Assembly: GCF_964355755.1 (NCBI RefSeq)
Contig: NC_092680.1
Span: forward strand, 20,097,045-20,161,044
Source of the DNA: Antedon mediterranea
Taxonomy: Eukaryota; Animalia; Echinodermata
DNA length: 64,000 nucleotides
Direction of reading: 5' to 3'
The first letter of the stretch is position 1, and every line of letters begins with the position of its first letter. Positions 42,489-52,758 of the stretch are shown here, in pieces. The translations under genes and the position numbers were made by a program. The notes under the pieces were generated by a model. That model had not been told where the DNA came from and did not search any database. It worked only from the letters and a program-made list of their open reading frames with translations.

Positions 42489-44369
42489 CTTTACAAGAAG
42501 GAGTTGATCCGGACCAACTTCCATCTTCCAAACACATTCTGGTCGTGTTACCTATCAATTCATAACCAACCGTAGTACACGTATATGTAGCTGACATGCC
42601 AAATGTTGTGCCAGATACGTAGGAAACCTCTCCATTTATAATATTGCTCAAACCACCACAATCAACAGCTATAAATATAGATTATTGTGAACATTATTAA
42701 TTAATATTAATAATTGTGTTACTCTCAGTGAAATAAACTGAAATACTATACCTAATTCACACAATGATCCTGATGTACCAGATGGACATTGACAGATAAA
42801 TAATGATGAGGATGATGAAGTTTGCAGGCATGTTCCACCATTCTGACAGAAATTGTCGAGTTGGCAGGGATCTGTAAATAAACATACATTTATATAGATA
42901 AAAATTGATTCTACATATTATTTCAGATAAATTGATTTATCTAGACTAGTCTAATATGACAACCTGTAGTCTAAGTGCTAGACGACAAATCGTTTCATAA
43001 GTATAATAGGCCTGCTTGATAATACGGCGTTTCGATTTTTTTCTGAAAATACTAGCGCATGTAGTATACATATGAAACCCCATATGTGCCAAAATATGTA
43101 TCTTTTTACTAATTTCTAGACTAATAAAGCTTAAGCACTGCAAACACTATGTTCATTTGTCTACCTCCTACTTCACAGCGTGTTCCAGAATAGGCAGTTG
43201 GACACGAACAAAAATAAGATGTTGACGATTGATGACAGGTCCCACCATTCAAACATGGACTACTTGAACAAGGAGAAACAACTGAAACAAATAAAAATAA
43301 AATCAACTGATGATATGTAGACCTACCAACTGAACAAAATAGTGTGCTTTGTACACATGTTCCATTATTCATTAAGATGACAGAGATTTTTAAAGACTGT
43401 ATCAGTACTAAATATGATTATGAATTCAGGACTTCATTTCTTGCAATGTTTTGCAATATCTGGTATGACTGTAGATCAAAATTCTGTATTTTAAAAAAGA
43501 TCATTTAGAAAATACTTATCCTTGAACATTTCCCACCATAGTACAGGCCGAAATCATTTTTTCCAAACATAGGTGTTTATAAATCAGTTGGAGATGCAAC
43601 ATATAATTAAATATTTGTACATTCATGCCGTTTCATAATATGCCTAATTGAGCTGGAATCACTAGTTTATCGAGACAAAAACTAGAGACTTGAGACAAGA
43701 CCAGCCAACCTGTAGATTGTTCATTGCTCTACCTACCTACTTCTTCTTCACAGTGTGTTCCAGTATAACCTGATAGACAACTACACAAATATATATCAGG
43801 TAACTGTGTACAGGCCCCACCATTCAGACATGGGCTAGAGTAACAAGGATTTATAACTGAAACAAATAAAAGAAAAATCAACTAATAATGTACCAGCAGC
43901 TGGACCGAAAAAGTGTGATTTGTAGGCACGTTCCACCCTTCATACTGGGTTGGCAGAGATCTGTAACTAGTGTAACAGTATAACTATTAATATTGGCTAT
44001 AAAATTAGACAAATGCATAATTTATTGGTCTATTTCGTGCCATTTAAGCATTTTAAACCAATGTTTGACATACCACCTAGTTGAATGTGGAATTGTCCTC
44101 TTTATCAATGATTGCCATGCGAATCCTAAAACCGTACTAAGAGATTAACAATGACAATAGTAGGGGTAATGTCACAGATACCTAGTGGTATAGGACTTTA
44201 GTGACTACTGATAAAAACTATAACGGAATACGGGTAAACATAAGGAAAAGATCAGCCATAAAAAGAAAGAGATGGCAAGCTTTAGTCAAACACTATAATA
44301 ATATTGCATACCTTGGCATTTTACTACGGTCACATACAAGTAAAATATCAACCAGATCTTGAGAAACAT
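42489..44369 (-). CDS. Unit G: SP-EGF-EGF-EGF-sushi protein; 3' end unresolved (no TM exon found)
   Basis: Exons 44369-44312 (MFLKIWLIFYLYVTVVKCQ), EGF 43856-43737, 43281-43165, 42871-42752 (six-Cys CxNGGxC pattern), sushi 42668-42489. Possible short last exon from 41868. Confidence 0.75.
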
Positions 44370-45461
44370 AATTGGAAGCTTGGTAGCAGAAAGATCGTCA
44401 GGAAAACTATTTAAAAAATTTGTATTCAAATGTAATATAACAAGGAAATTGTAAATCGATGTTTCGAGGGCGCTATAACAATGATACATTCCTAATTCTA
44501 ATCGATCAGATGTGCCTATAGTTTATTGTCAAATAATAAAATAATTTTGTCGAGTACTCCTCATATCCTACGCGAAACAAGGCCATGGCTGGCCCAGTCG
44601 CGTGCGCAAATTTGAGTTATTGTTTACCGACCAACCAACATAGAGCTATAGAAAGCTATAAAGAATTGTATTAATTAAAAATAAGCTATCCAATACAAGT
44701 GCTAACTAGAGGGCAGCAAATTAGGCCTTATCTCCGACTAACGTAATGTTTCCGCGTACAGGATTTCAAATGATTTTGTTTTTATGTCAGTTTCAATCTT
44801 ATACGTGGTCTCATAATTCATTAATTATTATTCAGGCAGCCAGTAGAGCACTAATGAAAAAGTAATATTTATATTTTAAGCTCTGGCCCATTATTAAATT
44901 GGACTACAAGTCACGTCCCCCTCTGAGAATAGTTGAACTGTATAATGTTTAAAATAAGAAAAGCAATCTCTCTTTTATGGTATATTTAAAATAAATATAA
45001 ACAAATATATTTGTTTTTTATACTGTACCTTCGCAATGTACTCTCTTAAATTGGTCGACTGAATATTCTGAATTATACTGAAACCTTTATTACAGCAATG
45101 AAGGTCATCACAATACAGCACTCATCCGCTTACAGTAACTCTTTTTAAGTATAGAGCACACAGGTATATTTTGTTTACGTTTTTAAAATTGATTATTATT
45201 ATATTTAAGAGGCTCAAGATGAAAAGGTCATTTCGATTTCTTTCTTTCACCTCTGCCTAAAAATAATATCATTAATAACATATTTTATGTCAGTTTTCTA
45301 TTCCTAATGCAATCTTTTGTTCAGCTGTTCTATCCACATTTGTGTTTTTATTCTACCTACTATAAAACATTATTCCTAATCTTGAGAGTTGAACATAAAC
45401 GTTCTTTATAAAATGTAAATAATATACAATGACAATTTAATTGTTTATATTATTTCTACAT

Positions 45462-47750
45462 TTATTCTGTAACATCAACATAAACAGGTTGTTGCACGTC
45501 TTCGTTGAATCCTCCATACGCGGCATTCTCTTCAATCACGTGACATACATTGACTGCTTTCTGTGACTTTTCTGATGTTTTCAATTCGCTTTCAGATTTA
45601 CAAAAGAGTTGGTCATGAGATCTGAAGATAAATATATGTACATAAATATTTGTCTAGTATCATAGGAATATTTGATAATAGAGAGTTTCATTTGTATCAC
45701 ATGTGATGCTTGTATCATGTAAGTTTGAGTTAAGGATAAGGCTAGGAGATACACATGTGGAGCACATGTGCTTTTTACTCAGACTCTAAACGTTAGAGGA
45801 CAGTTATGAACATAAATACTTTAGTTCAGGCAATCAAGATACAGATTAGTCATGTCGTCTACCTACCTATATAACAGCATTACTATAACAACAGCAAAAA
45901 CCACATTTAATGTTACAGATGATATCAGGCTTGAAATAAACGATAGTAACATTTCGAAGTACTGAATTGTATATTAATAATGCATGATATAACCAACCAT
46001 TTTGCAAGACGATTTTCTGAAATATATTTTGTCAATTAGGTCTAGGCCTACACAAAAATATTTATTTTGCAACCCACCAAGTTTTGATTCCTCTTCGTTT
46101 GCTAAGCAACAATCAGTCATCCCGATATCATCAGTAATTGTTAAATCATTATCGGTGGTCTCACTAGTGGGTAGCAACGATATAAGCTGGTTAGTCGTTG
46201 TTCCATGATGAGTGACGTCAGTTGCTTCCTCGAGAGTTGAAGTTAGGCCTTCTGGAGGATTTGCTTGATAAATTAAAACAAAGAAATCAGATCAACCAAC
46301 AGGTAAACACAGTATATGATTTAATTGTTTAGATACGCATAAAACATCATATAAACTAATTCTGTAAAGAACTGTAATGTGCTAGATGTCATAATACTAA
46401 GTAGGCTAACTTCAAATAAAATATATTGACAATACATTGGAAATTATACATTCAAATACGGTATGACGTTTATCTCATATTGGCATGTGTCACGACATGT
46501 TTTTCGGTCAATTTTGTTAAGTCAGTGTGAATGTTGGAATCCCTTTGATTTTAACTCGTGTTATAATTACTTACCAATAGTAATCGTAGGTATCAACGGC
46601 ATCACTTGATTAGTAGTTGTACCAGGATGCGTCGTGACGTCAGTTGATGCGTCCACAACAATTGAAGTTACTTGAGGAGTTGCTACAAATTAATGTAATG
46701 TAAATATGACTAATCATAACCCAATCGAGAAAATCTATTCTTATTAATATAAAGGAACAATCATAAAACATTATCTTATAACTTAAAAATGTAAAGCTTT
46801 ATTGCAATATACACTGTAAAGTTTTAAAATGCAAAAGCTATTCCGAATAGAATTTCTGTTTTGCTATTCTTAAAAAGTTGGTAAAAACAACTACGATATA
46901 TTTTGTACCTTGCTGATATTCACGTTTTAATTTATTTTCTACTATCTCTAAAGTATTACTATTAATCTATTAATTACTATTAGAGTTGAACTATATCCTG
47001 TAAAATTTTTAGATTTTTTTAAAATAATCTAAACATTAATATTACTTCCAAAGTTGAACTATGCTTGTTAAAAAAACCCAATGTCTTTTAAGTAAAGAGC
47101 ATTGTTACATACAGATGCTATAGGAACTACAACTGTTTCACTTACTTGGAACTGTTTTCTCACATATATACCCATACCCATCGCTGTCTGTTAGTGTGTC
47201 AGAACAACTCCCTTCACCCCACCTACCATCAGAGTTTGTTATATAACCAAATGCACATTGGTTATCTCCTACATTAGGTTCACCAGATCCCCAGTATAAA
47301 TACTCAACAGTCTCTCCAGATTCCCAGTTCCAGCTGGATGGCATCGTTCTATCTGATCCACTCTCACGTGACAACCCAATGGCATAGACTCCATTTGTAC
47401 AGTTTTCCTGCAGGATATCCAATATAGCATTGTTTTCTGCTGCAGTGTTTATACTCACAAGACTATAACCGTCATCACACAATCCTTTAAGTTCATTCCA
47501 AGTTTTGAATTCCCTGAAGTCGGTAACAAGTACAAACGTTGCTTTATAGTTTGACGATCCAACAGAAAATTCTGCACAAGCTATCGGTAAGAAACATGCA
47601 GTGAGAAGGACAGTTTTAGTTATTAGAAGTTAATGCTTACAGGTTTTTTTTTATCAAAATTTTAACAATATTTGTTTTTTATACTGTACCTTGGCAATGT
47701 ACAACTGCGATGACATAGATATTGAGTATTAGGAAAATCTTTTGAAACAT
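45462..47750 (-). CDS. Unit H: C-type lectin-mucin gene with disrupted TM exon (soluble form or pseudogene)
   Basis: Exons 47750-47690 (SP), 47580-47146 (CTLD, EPN/WGE), stalk 46682-46575 and 46263-46078. The 5' end of the TM exon is deleted, giving TGA at 45927-45925; the tail exon 45621-45462 is intact. Confidence 0.75.
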
Positions 47751-48935
47751 TGTAAAACATAACTTGTATGATATTAGCTTCTATAAGGAAACATACTCTT
47801 AATATTATATCTTGATAAGAGGGCGCTCTTTTAAGGAAACATGATTTTAAAATAGTCCTTTGGTGTTTTTTAAGTTGTGGTTTCTTAACATCAACCAAAT
47901 AATAGTCATATAGAGGTCCTTTATCAAAATGTTTACCTTTACCTTTCAGTATATTTAGTACGGTTTGCATTGTAAGTTATTCAGGTATAACAACAAGGAA
48001 GACCTGCGTATTACCCAGATTCTGATAAACATTCTGGAAACCTGCTATGTACAGAAACTCGCTTTTGATATACATTTCACAATATAAATAAATATGAAAT
48101 AAAAATACATTTTACTTGGTGTGGGAGGTCGCCGTTTGTTATCCGATGTTCATAAATTATTTACTCTCCAAGTTGTTATAGCAAAAAAACTTTACTTATT
48201 TTACTCTTTTTGGAGAAAAAAAACACCACTAAATACGGGTTGGCGGATTGGCCATATTTTAAAAACATATTCCCTTCTTTCGTTTTACAGGAAAGTGTCA
48301 CCTTTTGATACTGTGTCCCAAAAAGATATTCTACTGTATTTTATAATACTTAAACTAAGATATTTATTACATAGATCGCTGTGATTATAAGTGAAATAAC
48401 GAGTAAATCGAGACTTTTTACATCAAAGATTAAATAGGTTATTGAGGAAATAATCTTCAATATGTATTTTACTTCCAGTTTAAGCTTGCGAGTGTAATCG
48501 TTTTCAGAACGTTAGTCAACCATCAGACAATACAGCAATAGTACTAAAGAGGGGAAAACAAAAAACCCACAAAGATGCTGAAGTGAAATGGTTGTGCATC
48601 AGTGCTGTATACGCAATACATAAAACGCAACTATTACTTTATGCTAACGAAAACAAAACCTTTATTGTAGTAATGAAGGCCATCACAATACTCATCTGCC
48701 TAACTCTTTTAAGTGTAGAGCTCACAAGCATTTTTAATTTACATTTTAACACTTGTTTTCAAATTGATTATTTATGATTATATTTCAGAGGCTTCTTAAG
48801 ACATTATTTTTGTATCTTGTTATCCACATTTTAGCTTTATATTCTACTTATCTATTAACATCTATATAACGTTAGTTTAACTAAAAGTAAATAATATGCA
48901 ATGACAATTTAATTTTTTATATTATTTGTCTACAT

Positions 48936-51178
48936 TTATTCTGCAACCTCAACATAAACAGGTTGTTGCACGTCTTCGTTGAATCCTCCATACGCTGCAT
49001 TCTCTTCAATCACGTGACAAACATTGGCTGGTTTCTGTGACTTTTCTGATGTTTTCAAATCGCTTTCAGATTTACAAAAGAGTTGGTCATGAAATCTGAA
49101 GATAAATATATGTACATAAATATGTGTCTAGTATCATAGGAATGTTTGATAATATATCATTTCATTTGTATCACATTGTGGTGCTTGTATCATGTAAGAT
49201 TATGGGTAATGCTATGGTAGGTCTATATGATACTATGAGATACACATGTGGAACACACGTGGTAGTTTACTCATTGTATTAACACCAAAACGTTAGAGGA
49301 AAGTTTTTTTTTATGAACTTAAATACTTTAATTCTGGCAATCAAGATACCAAACAGATTAGTTTTTTATTCCTACCTATGTAACAGCATTACTATAACAA
49401 CAGCAAAAACCACATTTAATGTTACAGATGATATCACTACCGCAGTCAAGTCTGAAATAAACAATAGTATATAGTAGCATTGCCATCTTTATTCAGAAAA
49501 CTACTACTATGTAACAGTACACATTATCAAAATTATGTAACTAAATTTTACAACCTACCAAATTTTGATTCATCTTCGTTTACTAAGCAACAATCAGTCA
49601 TCCTGATATCATCAGTAATTGTTAAATCATTATCGATAGTTCCCTGATAAGTGACGTCAGTTGCTTCCTCAAGAGTTGAAATTACTGGAGGATTTGCTGG
49701 ATAAATTAGAACAAATCAGACAAACCAACAGGAAACACAGTAAATGATTTATTTATGTAAATACGCATAAACCTTTTTATGAACTAATTCTGTAAAGAAT
49801 GTACTAGATGTCTGAAATCAAAATACTAAGTAGGCTAACTTCCAATAAAATCTATTGACAATACATTGGAAATATAATTTCAAATACGGTATGACGTTTA
49901 TCTCATATTGCCATGACATGTTTTTCCGTCAATGTTGTTCAGTAAGTGTGAATGTTGGAATCACTTTGATTTTAACTCGTGTTATAATTACCGATAGTAA
50001 TCGTAGGTATCAACGATATCAATTGATTAGTTGTTGTACCAGGATGCATCGTGACGTCATTTGATGCGTCCAAAACAGTTGAAGTTACCTGAGGAGTTGC
50101 TACAAATTAATGTAATGTAAATATGACTAATCATAACCCAATCGAGAAAATCTATTCTTATTAATATAAAGGAACAATCACAAAACATTATCTTATAACT
50201 TAAAAATGTAAAGCTTTATTGCAATATACGCTGTAAAGTTTTAAAATGCAAAAGCTATTCCGAATAGAATTCCTGTTTTGCTATTCTTCAGAAGTTGGTC
50301 AAAACAACTACGATATATTTTATACCTTGCGGATATTCACGTTTTAGTTTATTTCTACTATCTCTAAAGTATTACTATTAATCTATTAATTACTATTAGA
50401 GCTGAACTATATCCTGTACAATTTTTAGATTTTTTTTAAAATAATCTAAATATTAATATTACTTCTAAATTTGAACTATGCTTGTTTAAAAAAAACAATT
50501 TTTTTAAAGTAAAGAGCATTGTTACATACAGATGCTACAGGAACTACAACCGTTTCACTTACTTGGAATTGTTTTCTTACATATATATCCATACCCATTG
50601 CTGTCTTTCCAGCGTCCAAGCTCTTCAGAACAACCGAAGTCTCTCCACCTACCATCAGAGTTTATTATATAACCAAATGCACATTGGTTATCAACTACAT
50701 TAGGTTCACCAGATGCCCAGTATAAATACTCAACAGTCTCTGCAGATTCCCAGTTCCAGCTGGATGGCATTGATCTATCTGATCCACTCTCACGTGATAA
50801 CCCAATGGCATAGACTCCATTTGCACAATTTTCCTGCAAGATATCCAATATAGCATTGTTTTCTTCTTCAGTTGTTATACTCACAAGATTATAATCTTCA
50901 TCACACAATACTTTAAGTTCATTCCAATTTTTGAATTCGCTGAAGTGTGTTACAATTACAAACGTTGCTTTATAGTTTGACGATCCAACAGAAAATTCTG
51001 CACAAGCTATCGGTAAGACAAATGCAGTGAGAAGTGAACAGATTAGTTATTAGAAGTTAATGCCTACATTTTTTTTATTATCAAAATGTTAAATATGTTT
51101 ATTTTTGTATACTGTACCTTCGCAATGTACAACTGCGATGACATAGATATTGAGTAATATGAAAATCTTTTGAAACAT
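48936..51178 (-). CDS. Unit I: type I C-type lectin receptor, short ITAM-like tail
   Basis: Exons 51178-51118 (SP), 51006-50563 (CTLD, EPN/WRD), stalk 50099-49992 and 49696-49559, TM 49451-49376, tail 49095-48936 (YGGFNEDVQQPVYVEVAE*). Confidence 0.88.
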
Positions 51179-52758
51179 TGTAAAACATAACTTGTATGAT
51201 ATTAACTTGTACAAGGAAACAGACTCTTAATATTATTATATTCTTGATGAGAGGGCGCTCTTTTAAGGAAAACATGTTTTTAAAATAGTACTTTGGTGTT
51301 TTTTAAAGTTGTGTTTTTTAACAATATGAGCAAATAGTAATAATTTTAAGCGACTAACTATAAAGCTCTTTATCAAAATGTTTTTATAATTGTATATTAT
51401 TAAAGTAGGCCTATGTATTGTTAGTTTGTCAAGTAACTACAAGGATTACCGTACCTGTGTTCTGTAAAGTAAACCAAACAAATAGAGCCTGGGGCGATAA
51501 AACATCGAAACAATAAAAAATGGCAATAATGGTAATAGTTACGAAATGGTATTAGTACGCGTGACATAGAAACTAAAATTAACTCAATTTATGGAAAAAA
51601 GAATGAATCTTTGGACCTGAAATTGCCCATTTCAAAATATTTTAGCTTGGATCGATTGAGGGTGTTTTCCGATCGTGGTATACACTATCTAGTTGTAATC
51701 ATTCACCGAATCACTGTTGTAAAAGGAAGGTGTAATGGGTGGTATTAAAAAATACCCTTTGATTTTATGAACCTTATTTTGTAAGAAAGCCGTGGGTCAA
51801 TGAAGCATAACAACAGAATTCTACACAAACCAAAAGTCTTAGTTTTAACACAAAAGACTATTTTTGCCTTTTGCCAATAACAAATATATTTATTTTTATC
51901 AGGTCTTGGTATACTTGCATTTTCTGGCTCTATATACACTCACTACTAATTCAGCATTATAAAATAGAACACTTTTACACTCAATCTACACTCTACATGC
52001 AAGCAGCATAATATTTAACTGACACACACACCTTAATCTCCGTGCCCCGACACTCCTAAATCCTCTCCTATTCCAGTTTTATTTAGGCCCTTAAAGTAGA
52101 CTATTACTCAACATCCATTGGTGTAATGCATACATATTGATAGAAATGGAAGGGGCTTATCTTGAAAAACAGTAAAAACCTTGAAATCCTTATTTGTTTA
52201 ATAACCCATTTGAATACTTACTGCTACAGAACTCGTAGCAATTAGCAATTCTGCTGTATAAGTACACATTTCAAATTCTCTGAAGATCTTTGGACAAATA
52301 TTATTTTGAATAAACAATAAGCCTATATAATCAGAATTAGAGTTAATAATATGCCTACGTAAGGCTTACAAATAAATTTAAAAAGTGCGTTCTACTTTCA
52401 GATATTTTATCGATCATCATGCATATTACATTGTTGAATCTTTTGTACAACGTACACTACAACTTTCTTATCCTTCATCATTATGTTTTATCATCAATCT
52501 TTAAAAGTTTTTCTTGCCTTTTTTTTCTTTTCTTTTTTTTTCTTCAAATCATCTAGTTAGGCTATAATACATATTTACAAACACCATACAATATAGCATT
52601 GAAAACACAATAGATCATTCATTGTATCTCATTAACATAGTCTCTTCCCTGACATCTAATCTGATAGACATATTATATTATTATTGCATGAAACTATATT
52701 ATTTTTATCAAGTAAAAATGTAAAGTTACTCTAAGATTATAATATTTTCGTTGCAGTC

